Part shown: one piece after another, positions 1 to 8,555 of the stretch
Layout: each line of letters starts with the position of its first letter
Numbering within the stretch: the stretch's first letter is position 1
Assembly: GCA_002791275.1 (NCBI GenBank)
Contig: PFWT01000009.1
Coordinates: 72,797-136,796, forward strand
DNA: 64,000 nucleotides
Origin: Candidatus Uhrbacteria bacterium CG_4_9_14_3_um_filter_41_35
GTDB taxonomy: Bacteria > Patescibacteriota > Patescibacteriia > UBA9934
Reading direction: 5' to 3'
Notes under the pieces: generated by a model
Databases searched by the model: none
What the model saw: the letters and a program-made list of their open reading frames with translations, nothing else
What the model was told of the DNA's origin: nothing
Program-made: the position numbers and the translations under genes

Positions 1-119
1 TAATTATTCGAGAACCACAGGATACCGGCGACTGTAACTACAAAGACACAGAGTAGAACTACCTCGTTTAGCAAAATATTTTTTAAACTCCAAGGAGTCT
101 GTTCATCATTGTTTTGCAT
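1..119 (-). CDS. hypothetical membrane protein, N-terminal fragment (gene runs off the left edge of the window)
   Basis: Reverse-strand ATG at 117-119 opens a frame that reads MQNNDEQTPWSLKNILLNEVVLLCVFVVTVAGILWFSNN and is still open at position 1. It has a hydrophobic helix. The start lies 8 nt downstream of the stop of the 128..583 gene on the same strand. Confidence 0.3.
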   Translation of the reverse strand, partial: MQNNDEQTPWSLKNILLNEVVLLCVFVVTVAGILWFSNN

Positions 120-127
120 ATTCCGTG

Positions 128-583
128 TCATTGCTGCTCACGTTCATTTGATTTACGGAATGAACTCCGAAAGAACACCGATTTTGAAACAATCTTCTGG
201 ATTTCAGCCTGGGTAAAAGATTTCTTGACCAGACCTTCGTCCTTAATCGAAACCTTGGACTGCGCAACCTCAATCCAGCTATGAAGCTCAGATGTTGTTG
301 CGTCAAGATAGCTCTTCGTAACTTCCAGCTCATTTTGAACCAGTTTCTTCTCGACCCGATATTTTTCGGCGTTTAACCGTAGTATCCTGATCTTTTCAAG
401 AAGCTCTACTTGTTGTTTTCTGGCCTGAGCCATATTTACCGCAAACTGAATTGACTCTCCGATAAAGTAAATGGCAAGTGCAATTAGAAAGAATCTACTA
501 ATAAATCCTGCTGCTAAAATTACCAACAGAACTAGAATTGTCTGAACTACAGCAAGGAGCTGTAGTCTGTATTTTTCATACAT
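128..583 (-). CDS. hypothetical membrane-anchored coiled-coil protein
   Basis: 151 aa ORF with an N-terminal hydrophobic segment followed by a charged heptad-like region (QQVELLEKIRILRLNAEKYRVEKKLVQNELEV). No family recognised. Confidence 0.45.
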   Translation of the reverse strand: MYEKYRLQLLAVVQTILVLLVILAAGFISRFFLIALAIYFIGESIQFAVNMAQARKQQVELLEKIRILRLNAEKYRVEKKLVQNELEVTKSYLDATTSELHSWIEVAQSKVSIKDEGLVKKSFTQAEIQKIVSKSVFFRSSFRKSNEREQQ

Positions 584-671
584 TTTTAGCTCCGTTTGTG
601 AAAGGACTATATACCATAGTCTGATCTAAATATTTTGTCAAAAAAATAGACATATTAGTGTCTATTTTTTA

Positions 672-1340
672 TTACTTTTTAGATCGCTCGTAAAGCGCTA
701 TTGCGGTAGCGTGAGTTACATTTAAACTTTCTAGTAGGGCTGAATGAGGAATTACTATTGAAGTACCGTTAATACCTAGTTTTAAACCAGAACCTTCACT
801 GCCAACCACTAAAATTGCTGGCTCGTTAGTCATTTTAGAAACCGGTACGGATGTTTCACGATTTTCAATTCGATAAACTGGTCGCTTCAGCTGTTCCAGA
901 TATTTAGTTGCTTCTTCGCGTTTTACCTTGAGCCAAGGCACCACGAAAACTGCACCAACAGAGGATCTCACGACCTTGGGACTTGTGATGTCCGCAGACT
1001 CAATCAGAATAATACTAGCCTCAAACCCCAAACAAAGTCGTAGAATTGACCCCACATTACCAGGATCCTGAACGCCATCTAAAACAACGATGGTGTTTTT
1101 AGCTTCAATGTCCGCCTCCTGCCATTTTGGGATCTTGGCCACTCCTGCCATCTCCTGCGGTGTTTCGGTAGTAATTAACTCAAGAAAATTTTCACTCATT
1201 TCTTTAGTGAAAGTAAACTCAATAGCCTTACCAGCGGTTTCAATAACTTTCGCTCCTTCCACCAAACAACGATCCGCTTTTTCGCGCCCCTTTTTAGTGT
1301 GAAGAGATTTAATAAGTTTTTCCTGAGCAATACTTAGCAT
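672..1340 (-). CDS. SpoU/TrmH-family RNA 2'-O-methyltransferase (RlmB-like)
   Basis: 222 aa with the SpoU motifs VVLDGVQDPGNVGSILR and VVGSEGSGL. The N-terminal region resembles the L30e-like substrate-binding domain of RlmB/TrmH. Confidence 0.8.
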   Translation of the reverse strand: MLSIAQEKLIKSLHTKKGREKADRCLVEGAKVIETAGKAIEFTFTKEMSENFLELITTETPQEMAGVAKIPKWQEADIEAKNTIVVLDGVQDPGNVGSILRLCLGFEASIILIESADITSPKVVRSSVGAVFVVPWLKVKREEATKYLEQLKRPVYRIENRETSVPVSKMTNEPAILVVGSEGSGLKLGINGTSIVIPHSALLESLNVTHATAIALYERSKK

Positions 1341-1450
1341 AAACTAAAGAATAGCGATTATTTTTCTATTTGTCAATGTTCTATTAACATTTTTACCTTT
1401 ATAAAAATTGAAAAATATTATATACTCGTAACGATTTTTAGTAGCGATCG

Positions 1451-1747
1451 ATGCTTGATTCAGCAAGTCACAGTGAGCGTAAAGTACTTTTAGATTGTGT
1501 TAAACACTACCAGGAGTATTTTGAAGCGTTAGGCGTTGTTCCGATTGAAGTATCGGGAGACAATAAACGCGTTACACAAAAAGAACTCTTGGGTCACTGC
1601 GCGGGAAATCTTGAAAGGATCCGGGCAATGATCAACGCTGGCCGCCTGGGCGACGCCAAAGCGATCTTTTGTTTTATGGAGGGTGTGCTCTTTGCCACGG
1701 GTCTTGCAACACTAAACGATTTACGAAAACTAACTCACTCAATTTGA
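1451..1747 (+). CDS. hypothetical protein
   Basis: 98 aa ORF with no recognisable motifs. It is followed by a hairpin plus T-run. Confidence 0.35.
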   Translation: MLDSASHSERKVLLDCVKHYQEYFEALGVVPIEVSGDNKRVTQKELLGHCAGNLERIRAMINAGRLGDAKAIFCFMEGVLFATGLATLNDLRKLTHSI

Positions 1748-1756
1748 GTTTGAGAC

Positions 1757-1790
1757 CAGCCAGTCAATCATCGACTGGTCTTTTTTTACC
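1757..1790 (+). terminator. hairpin plus T7 run, intrinsic terminator-like
   Basis: The sequence agaccagccagtcaatcatcgactggtc is followed by ttttttt directly after the 1451..1747 ORF. Confidence 0.4.
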
Positions 1791-1831
1791 TATTGATTAC
1801 TGATCTGGTATACTATACTCGAAATACTTTT

Positions 1832-2155
1832 ATGCAAAATATTCAACAACTACTAAATTCAAAAATAATTTGGTCCGCACTAATTTTTAGTTTTGTTACA
1901 TTACTCGCAACTAGTCTTTATTTAAAAAATGTAACGCAATCAGCTCAGCCAACCGAAGCCGAACTTACTTCAAGTAATCAGGAGCTATTTAGTCGAGTCG
2001 CAGATTATGCTAATTTACGAAGTGATATTAAAACCGAATATTTGCGATGTCGAAATTTAATTTCTGATCATGTGGATGAAGAAAGTAATTTTGACATTGA
2101 TTATTGTTATGAATATATAAAATGGACAGATTCTCTAACAGTTAAGGTTTTTTAA
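1832..2155 (+). CDS. hypothetical membrane-anchored protein
   Basis: The ORF track starts at a TTG at 1793 inside the upstream terminator. The internal ATG at 1832 (MQNIQQLL...) is preferred. A TTGATT...TATACT promoter-like element lies at 1792-1819. One predicted TM helix. Confidence 0.4.
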   Translation: MQNIQQLLNSKIIWSALIFSFVTLLATSLYLKNVTQSAQPTEAELTSSNQELFSRVADYANLRSDIKTEYLRCRNLISDHVDEESNFDIDYCYEYIKWTDSLTVKVF

Positions 2156-2157
2156 TT

Positions 2158-2442
2158 ATGAAGCCTAGTCACAACCGCCATGTAAAAATTCGAGTTTACG
2201 GAAATGTTCAAGGTGTATTTTACAGAATATATGTTAAAGATCGAGCTGACGAACTCGGTATTAATGGATCTGTTAAAAATAGAACCGACGGCACTGTTGA
2301 AATTGTAGCCGAAGGTGAAGAAGAGGCTATCGACGAGTTCGTTCGGCAATGCAGGCGCGGTAATGAGCAGAGCATTATTAAAAGACTGCGGATTGTAGAT
2401 GGTGATGTTGAAGGCTACGAAGGCTTTACAGTGAGAGGCTAA
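2158..2442 (+). CDS. acyP: acylphosphatase
   Basis: 94 aa. It matches both acylphosphatase signatures: V-Y-G-N-V-Q-G-V-F-Y-R and G-I-N-G-S-V-K-N-R-T-D-G-T-V-E-I-V-A-E-G. Confidence 0.85.
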   Translation: MKPSHNRHVKIRVYGNVQGVFYRIYVKDRADELGINGSVKNRTDGTVEIVAEGEEEAIDEFVRQCRRGNEQSIIKRLRIVDGDVEGYEGFTVRG

Positions 2443-2469
2443 AAACAAAAAATAGGGCAAAACCCTATT

Positions 2470-2604
2470 TTATGCAGTCACTTTAGCTTCAGCTTTTGCC
2501 ATTCGAATAGCTTTTGCTTTTCGTCTAAGTGAAGCAGATTTTACTCTTTTAACAGCTTCTATTTCTCTTGATTTCTTTCGTTTCTTTTGGTGTCGTGATG
2601 GCAT
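2470..2604 (-). CDS. small, highly basic 44 aa ORF of unknown function (possibly ribosome-associated)
   Basis: Reverse-strand ATG at 2604 to TAA at 2470 encodes MPSRHQKKRKKSREIEAVKRVKSASLRRKAKAIRMAKAEAKVTA. It is below the ORF-track size cutoff and lies in an otherwise empty 280 nt gap. No SD is present. The composition is like small r-proteins but no family match is recognised. Confidence 0.2.
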   Translation of the reverse strand: MPSRHQKKRKKSREIEAVKRVKSASLRRKAKAIRMAKAEAKVTA

Positions 2605-2725
2605 AATAATTTTTTGTCGAATTGTAAGTCTAAAAAATTCGATTGAATACTAAAGGAGAATATAATATTTATGGTTAATTGTCAAGACTTTACAATGAAC
2701 AAAAAAATAGATAAAACATAGATAT

Positions 2726-4228
2726 ATGGAAATATTAGTTCAAAAAGGGGATATCTTAGAAGTTGCAACTGATTTATTAGTGGTCGGTGCTTATGAATCT
2801 GAGTTACTCCACGACCCGTTTACTGAAAGATTGAACGAACTTTTAGGTGGAAAAATGACAAAAATGGCCAAAGCTCAGGAATTTGAAGCAAAGCTTGGGC
2901 AAACCCTAATATTTGCGGCTCCAGACAAGATGGATATGGAGTATGTAATGGTCGTGGGTCTTGGTGAATTAAAATCCTCAGTTGTTGAAGCTGCCAGACT
3001 AGCCAGTGGTACTGCAGTACAGATGGCAAAAAAAATGGGCTTACGTAAAATCGCCATTGAATTTTTTGGTGAAGATCACGAGGAGTTTAGTGCTAAGAAC
3101 ACAGCAGAAGCTATGACTGAAGCTCTGCTTTTAGCAGACTACCAGTTTAACGTATACAAAAAACGTAAAGGCGTTTCGATTAAAGAAGTCATAATTGTAG
3201 CTGAAGATGGACGAGATGCTCGGAGTGCAGAAAAGGGGATTGAGAAGGGTCGAATTTGTGTAGACGGAACCACTGTGGCTCGAGATCTTGTAAACACACC
3301 TGGTCAGGATATGACACCAACCCGATTAGCTGAAGCCGCTGAAGAAATCTCTCGTATTTCAGGCGAGACGGTAAAGGTTGAGATTTTTGACCGCGCACAG
3401 GTTGAAAAAATGGGTATGGGTGCATATCTAGCAGTTGCGCAGGGAGCCGACAGCGAGCTGAAATTTATTCACCTCACCTACACACCAACAGTTGATTACA
3501 AAAAAACTGTGGCCGTAGTTGGGAAGGGTGTAACTTTTGACTCAGGCGGACTATCGCTCAAGCCTGGAAGCAGTATGGAAACAATGAAGTGTGATATGGC
3601 CGGCGCCGCTACAGTACTCGGACTTTTCACAGCGCTCGGTAGGTTACAACCAAAAGTAGCTGTCCACGGAATTATTGCTGCTTGCGAAAATATGCCATCT
3701 GGCCGAGCAATCAGACCTGGTGATATTGTAAAATCTGCCAACGGAAAAACTATCGAAATTCTGAATACCGATGCTGAGGGACGACTAACTTTGGCCGACG
3801 CTCTACATTACGCACAAAAATTTGAACCAGATTATTTAGTCGACCTGGCAACACTAACCGGAGCAATAGTTGTCGGACTTGGCGAGGAAATCGCTGGAGT
3901 ATTTTCAAACGATAACGTACTATCAAACAAGCTAGTTAAAGCTGGAGAGGAAACTGGCGAAGATATGTGTGCGCTACCACTTCACAGCGCTTACAAAAAG
4001 CTAATCCAATCAGAAGTAGCTGACATTCAAAATACCTCAACCTCACGTTATGGTGGTTCTATAACAGCTGCACTATTTTTATCGGAGTTCATTAACAGTA
4101 GTCAAAAATGGGCGCATATCGACATCGCAGGACCAGCTTTCGCAGAAAGACCGATGAATAGCTATACTGGGCTTGGCGGAACAGGTTTTGGAGTGCGAAC
4201 CTTAATTAGATGGATCGAGGAATTATAA
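2726..4228 (+). CDS. pepA: leucyl aminopeptidase, M17 family
   Basis: 500 aa. It carries the M17 signature NTDAEGRLTLADAL, plus GKGVTFDSGG and the metal-ligand region. Confidence 0.9.
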   Translation: MEILVQKGDILEVATDLLVVGAYESELLHDPFTERLNELLGGKMTKMAKAQEFEAKLGQTLIFAAPDKMDMEYVMVVGLGELKSSVVEAARLASGTAVQMAKKMGLRKIAIEFFGEDHEEFSAKNTAEAMTEALLLADYQFNVYKKRKGVSIKEVIIVAEDGRDARSAEKGIEKGRICVDGTTVARDLVNTPGQDMTPTRLAEAAEEISRISGETVKVEIFDRAQVEKMGMGAYLAVAQGADSELKFIHLTYTPTVDYKKTVAVVGKGVTFDSGGLSLKPGSSMETMKCDMAGAATVLGLFTALGRLQPKVAVHGIIAACENMPSGRAIRPGDIVKSANGKTIEILNTDAEGRLTLADALHYAQKFEPDYLVDLATLTGAIVVGLGEEIAGVFSNDNVLSNKLVKAGEETGEDMCALPLHSAYKKLIQSEVADIQNTSTSRYGGSITAALFLSEFINSSQKWAHIDIAGPAFAERPMNSYTGLGGTGFGVRTLIRWIEEL

Positions 4229-4237
4229 AATATAAAA

Positions 4238-4270
4238 ATATCAGTTGATAAATTTCACTGATATTTTTTT
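4238..4270 (+). terminator. intrinsic terminator after pepA
   Basis: An atatcagt/actgatat stem with an 11 nt loop is followed by T7. Confidence 0.5.
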
Positions 4271-4274
4271 GTTG

Positions 4275-4283
4275 TGCTACAAT
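4275..4283 (+). promoter_or_regulatory. extended -10 element (TGcTACAAT) upstream of the glutaredoxin gene
   Basis: TG-n-TACAAT lies 25 nt upstream of the ATG at 4309. Confidence 0.3.
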
Positions 4284-4308
4284 ATTTGCATAATATTAAA
4301 CACAAAAT

Positions 4309-4539
4309 ATGCAAGTAACTGTTTATTCAACTCCAACCTGTCCATGGTGTAAAAAAATCAAAGCTTTTCTTTCAGAACATAGTGTTGAATTTAATGATAT
4401 CGACGTCTCTGCGGATCAAGTAAAGGCAGCTGAAATGATTGAGAAGTCGGGCCAAATGGGTGTACCTGTTCTAGAAATTGGTGATGACCTAGTAATTGGC
4501 TACGACGAGGCAAGAGTTTCTCAGCTATTAAATCTATAA
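4309..4539 (+). CDS. glutaredoxin-like small redoxin (NrdH/Grx fold)
   Basis: 76 aa with a CPWC active-site motif near the N-terminus and thioredoxin-fold spacing. Confidence 0.8.
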   Translation: MQVTVYSTPTCPWCKKIKAFLSEHSVEFNDIDVSADQVKAAEMIEKSGQMGVPVLEIGDDLVIGYDEARVSQLLNL

Positions 4540-4541
4540 AT

Positions 4542-4576
4542 TAAAATCATCGAGTTTTAACTCGATGATTTTTTTG
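4542..4576. terminator. bidirectional intrinsic terminator between convergent grx and prx genes
   Basis: AAAA, then an atcatcgag stem, ttttaa loop and ctcgatgat stem, then TTTTTTT. The stem is perfect 9 bp. Confidence 0.6.
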
Positions 4577-4593
4577 TCGTTAGTTTTGGTTAT

Positions 4594-5118
4594 TTAAGCC
4601 TTACCTAGAGTTTCTTCACCTGTTTCCCATTCAACTGGGCAAAGATCACCACTTTGTAGCGCTTTTAATACTCGAAGGGTTTCAGTTACTGAACGACCAA
4701 CTGAGCCTGAAGATACAAGCGTGTATCTTACAACACCTTCAGGGTCAATGATAAAGAGACCACGTTCTGCAGAACCATCTTCGTCGTTTAGGACCTCGTA
4801 GTCAAAAGCTACATTCTGGGTTGTGTCTGCTAGTACAGGGTATTTTACCTCTGGCAAATCACGCTCAAGCCAGTTTTTGTGTGACCACTCAGAGTCTGTT
4901 GAAGCTCCAAGAATCTCACAGTTGAGTGCTGAAAACTCATCTGCTTTTTTTGCAAAACCACGAATTTCAGTTGGACAAATGAAAGTGAAATCTCGTGGGT
5001 AAAAGAAAAATACCAACCATTTTCCTTTATAATCAGCTAAACTCACTTTTGTGAACTCACCATTATGATAAGCGGTCACATTTTCAAACTCTGGAGCCTG
5101 TTTTCCTAATTCAATCAT
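4594..5118 (-). CDS. typical 2-Cys peroxiredoxin (AhpC/TSA family)
   Basis: 174 aa. The peroxidatic Cys lies in FTFICPTEI and the resolving Cys in the C-terminal LCPVEW. Confidence 0.85.
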   Translation of the reverse strand: MIELGKQAPEFENVTAYHNGEFTKVSLADYKGKWLVFFFYPRDFTFICPTEIRGFAKKADEFSALNCEILGASTDSEWSHKNWLERDLPEVKYPVLADTTQNVAFDYEVLNDEDGSAERGLFIIDPEGVVRYTLVSSGSVGRSVTETLRVLKALQSGDLCPVEWETGEETLGKA

Positions 5119-5221
5119 AATATTTTGTTAATAATCGTGATTAGATTCTACCAATTAATCCAATATTTGCAAAATCTATGATTTCTGGTACATTTTGATC
5201 ATTAAATACGATTATTGAAAT

Positions 5222-6391
5222 ATGAAAAAGATTCTGATTTTTATTGTTCTTGTTGCAGTTTTTAGCGGAGGTTTTTATGCTTTTCAGCAGTATCAGACTA
5301 AAAAAACTACTGAACTTTTTAGTAAGACCGAGCTAGTAAATGGAATACTACCTGAACCTATTATTGTAAACGGTGAGGAATTCCTTGTAAGACCAGCAGA
5401 TCTTTATGACTTTGGTGCAGACGAAACAGTGCGGGCAACACTAGATAATCCAAAGTTTACAAATGTCGCAACAGCTGACGAATATTTGGCTGACGAAGTC
5501 TTTGGAATTAACGTTGAAGTAAATGGCGCACACCGATTCTACTCATACCAGATTTTAAACTGGCACCAGGTTGTAAACGATAATTTTGATGGAAAAAATC
5601 TTACTGTAACTTATTGCGTATTTTGTCGATCGTTTGCAGTTTTTGAAACAAATAAGAAATTTGATCTAGATGGCCGGGTTTACAATAACAATGTCCTCAT
5701 TAAGGATCGTGAAAATAATTCCTCTTGGCTTCAGATTCGTGGTCTTTCGGTAATTGGAAACAACGTAGGTGAAAAACTAAATCAGTACCAGGCAGAATCA
5801 ATTACCTGGTCAGATTTCAAGAAACTTTACCCAGAAGGTGAGGTGCTCTCAACTGACACTGGTTTTGTTCGTGATTATACAAGACACCCATACGCAAGCT
5901 ACGACACCATAAAAACTGTTTATTTCCCTTTAACCAATTTTAACGATGTTTTTGACAAAAAAGATTTGGTTCACGGGGTAGACTTGGGTGATGTTCAGAT
6001 TGCTTTTTCTGAATACATCATGCGTAACGTGCCCGTTGAAACCGTTGACTATAAAGGGCACAAAATTGTTGGCTTTTTGGATGAAGTTGGAGTGATACGT
6101 ATTTTTAAAAATATCACTTTAGGCGAAACAGAGCTTGATTCAAAATATCTGCCAAAAAATGTACCTCTAGATGAAGTTCTAGATTTTACTTACGATCCCA
6201 AAAAAGACCTAATGATTGATAATCAAACAGGTTCAAAGTGGAATCGAAAAGGTGAAGTTATAGAGGGACCACTACTTCAAAAGAAACTAAAGCAACTTGA
6301 AAGCGTCGAAACTTTTTGGTTCTGTTATTCAGCAATGTTTGAAAATGCCGTCATTGCTGATATTAATGCCATTGAATTTAACAAACAATAA
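5222..6391 (+). CDS. secreted DUF3179-like protein
   Basis: 389 aa with an N-terminal signal/TM segment. The segment TVTYCVFCRSFAVFE...DGRVYNNNVLIKDRENNSSWLQ and the C-terminal ETFWFCYSAMFENAVI resemble the DUF3179 core as recalled from memory. Function unknown. Confidence 0.55.
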   Translation: MKKILIFIVLVAVFSGGFYAFQQYQTKKTTELFSKTELVNGILPEPIIVNGEEFLVRPADLYDFGADETVRATLDNPKFTNVATADEYLADEVFGINVEVNGAHRFYSYQILNWHQVVNDNFDGKNLTVTYCVFCRSFAVFETNKKFDLDGRVYNNNVLIKDRENNSSWLQIRGLSVIGNNVGEKLNQYQAESITWSDFKKLYPEGEVLSTDTGFVRDYTRHPYASYDTIKTVYFPLTNFNDVFDKKDLVHGVDLGDVQIAFSEYIMRNVPVETVDYKGHKIVGFLDEVGVIRIFKNITLGETELDSKYLPKNVPLDEVLDFTYDPKKDLMIDNQTGSKWNRKGEVIEGPLLQKKLKQLESVETFWFCYSAMFENAVIADINAIEFNKQ

Positions 6392-7060
6392 ATGTCAAAT
6401 AGAATTCTCTACATTGTTGGAACTCCAATCGGTAACTTGGATGACATGACTACGCGCGCCACAAAAATTTTGGCGGGCGTAGATGTTGTTTTATGTGAAG
6501 ATACTCGAGTAACGAAAAAAGTTTTAGATCGAATAGGTTCCAAGGCTCAAACAAGGCCACTTCATCAACACTCAACCGACCTTGAAATCAAGAAAACTTT
6601 CAATTCCATTTACAACTCAGTTGCTTACGTAAGCGACGCCGGCACACCTGGTATTTCAGATCCAGGCGGTAAGATTACTGAAATTGCTCTACAAGAAGGT
6701 TTTGAAGTTGTTGGAATTCCTGGAGTAAGTGCAGTTACAATGGCGCTTTCAATCTCGGCTTTTCCGGCTGACAAGTTTACCTTTTTAGGATTTCCACCCC
6801 ACAAAAAAGGGCGCAACAAATATTTTGAACAGCTATCGATGCTCGACCACACGATCGCGCTTTACGAGTCAAAGCACAGAATTCTAAAAACACTCGATGA
6901 ATTACCTCAAGAGAGACCAATTACCGTTGGTCGTGAACTCACAAAAATGCACGAAATTACTTACAGAGGTTTGCCCGCTGATGTTAAAAAAGAAATAGAA
7001 GAATCTAGCGCAAAAGGGGAGTTCGTCATTGTGGTAGCACCGAAAAAGTGGAAAGCCTAA
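6392..7060 (+). CDS. rsmI: 16S rRNA (cytidine1402-2'-O)-methyltransferase RsmI
   Basis: 222 aa with LYIVGTPIGNLDDMTTRA, VLCEDTR, VSDAGTPGISDPG and RELTKMHE, all typical of RsmI (tetrapyrrole-methylase fold). Its start abuts the upstream stop. Confidence 0.85.
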   Translation: MSNRILYIVGTPIGNLDDMTTRATKILAGVDVVLCEDTRVTKKVLDRIGSKAQTRPLHQHSTDLEIKKTFNSIYNSVAYVSDAGTPGISDPGGKITEIALQEGFEVVGIPGVSAVTMALSISAFPADKFTFLGFPPHKKGRNKYFEQLSMLDHTIALYESKHRILKTLDELPQERPITVGRELTKMHEITYRGLPADVKKEIEESSAKGEFVIVVAPKKWKA

Positions 7061-7091
7061 TTTTCAAACTTAAAGTAATCAATATTAATTT

Positions 7092-8546
7092 ATGTCAAAA
7101 TCTTATTACATTACCGCGGCTATTCCGTATGTAAATGGTGAACCTCACGTTGGTCACGCACTTGAGTTTATTCAGGTCGACGCAGCAGCTCGCTATCACC
7201 GACAAAAATTAGGTTTAGATCAGGTTAGGGCAATTACCGGCACAGATGAAAATAGTCTAAAAAACGTTCGAGCAGCGGAAGATGCTGGTCGAGACATTGG
7301 CGAGTTTGTTGCAGAAAACTCCCAGAAATTTAGAGATTTGTACAAAACTTTAAATCTTTCTTTTGAAGATTTTATTCGAACGCGTGAAGATCGTCATATT
7401 TTGGGCGCACAAAAATTATGGAGTGCCTTTAAACCTGAGGATATTTATCAAAAAACTTACAATGGACTTTATTGTGTTGGCTGTGAAGCATTTTACACTG
7501 AAAAAGATTGCGCAGACGGCAAGTGCCCAACACACAAAAAAGATTTGGAAAAAATTGAAGAGGAAAACTATTTCTTTAAGCTTTCAAATTATCAAACTAA
7601 ACTAGAGGAGCTAATCGAGTCAGGAGAGTTAAAAATTCACCCTGAAACTAGGAAAAATGAAATCCTGAGCTTCATAAAAAGTGGTTTAGAGGATTTTTCA
7701 ATTTCACGTTCACAGGAGCGGGCTAAAAACTGGGGGGTAACAGTTCCAGGTGATGAAAGCCAGGTAATGTATGTTTGGGTTGATGCACTTTCAAACTATA
7801 TTAACGTCTTAGGTTACGCTGAAGACTCTGAACTGTACCGAAAGTTCTGGGCAAATGGCGACGAGCGTGTTCACATTATTGGAAAAGACATTTCACGCTT
7901 TCACGCAATTTACTGGCCAGCGATGTTACTTTCCGCGAACGTTCCGGTGCCAACTGAAATTTATGTTCACGGATTTTTCACTGTGGAGGGGCAAAAAATG
8001 TCTAAATCACTCGGAAATGTTATTCACCCAAAAACTTTGGTTGATGATTTTGGCGTAGATGCAGTTCGCTACTTTTTACTTCGCGAAATGCCTTACGCTT
8101 CAGATGGTGATGTTTCAATGGAAAGAATCGAAAACCGTTACGCAGAACTTGCAAATCAACTTGGCAACCTAGTTAGTCGGGTAGCTACAATGTCTGAAAA
8201 ATACTTTGATGGTCAGCTAGATCAGTTCGATTTAAAATGGGACGATCACTTCGAGTACCTCGACTCCGCAATGCGTAGCTACGATTTTAAAAAATATTTA
8301 GACCGTGTTTTTGAATTAGTGGGTATGGCAAACGAAATCATTGACCGAGAAAAACCATTTAAACTAATCAAAGAAGATGAAGTCAAAACTAAACAGGTGC
8401 TTTCGGAAGTGGCAGAAATAATTCGGCAAGTTGGAAATTTCTTACTGCCAATCACACCAAACTCAGCAGAGGAAATATTAAGACGCTATTCCGGTACAAA
8501 AATTTTGGTCGGGGAGAGTCTCTTTCCAAGAAGAGATCAGGCTTAA
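7092..8546 (+). CDS. metG: methionyl-tRNA synthetase (minimal form without C-terminal tRNA-binding domain)
   Basis: 484 aa with the class I HIGH region (PHVGHALE), a CxxC...CxxC Zn knuckle and KMSKS (KMSKSLGN). Confidence 0.95.
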   Translation: MSKSYYITAAIPYVNGEPHVGHALEFIQVDAAARYHRQKLGLDQVRAITGTDENSLKNVRAAEDAGRDIGEFVAENSQKFRDLYKTLNLSFEDFIRTREDRHILGAQKLWSAFKPEDIYQKTYNGLYCVGCEAFYTEKDCADGKCPTHKKDLEKIEEENYFFKLSNYQTKLEELIESGELKIHPETRKNEILSFIKSGLEDFSISRSQERAKNWGVTVPGDESQVMYVWVDALSNYINVLGYAEDSELYRKFWANGDERVHIIGKDISRFHAIYWPAMLLSANVPVPTEIYVHGFFTVEGQKMSKSLGNVIHPKTLVDDFGVDAVRYFLLREMPYASDGDVSMERIENRYAELANQLGNLVSRVATMSEKYFDGQLDQFDLKWDDHFEYLDSAMRSYDFKKYLDRVFELVGMANEIIDREKPFKLIKEDEVKTKQVLSEVAEIIRQVGNFLLPITPNSAEEILRRYSGTKILVGESLFPRRDQA

Positions 8547-8555
8547 AATTTCATT

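Noticed and set aside
106-333. 75 aa ORF on the minus strand
   Set aside because: It is entirely nested in a different frame within the longer 128..583 gene, and has an Arg-rich low-complexity translation typical of an out-of-frame artefact.
1090-1302. Antisense or out-of-frame ORFs inside well-supported genes (1090..1302, 2820..3029, 2875..3057, 3189..3425, 3496..3741, 6625..6852, 7363..7605, 7855..8058, 8754..8954, 10216..10449, 11008..11211, 11015..11296, 11850..12035, 12137..12394, 13701..13994)
   Set aside because: Each lies within a confidently identified conserved gene (SpoU methylase, pepA, rsmI, metG, tatD, atp genes) on the other strand or frame, and shows low-complexity or repetitive translations.
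2152-2460. 102 aa minus-strand ORF overlapping acyP
   Set aside because: The plus-strand frame matches both acylphosphatase signatures exactly. The antisense frame has no features.
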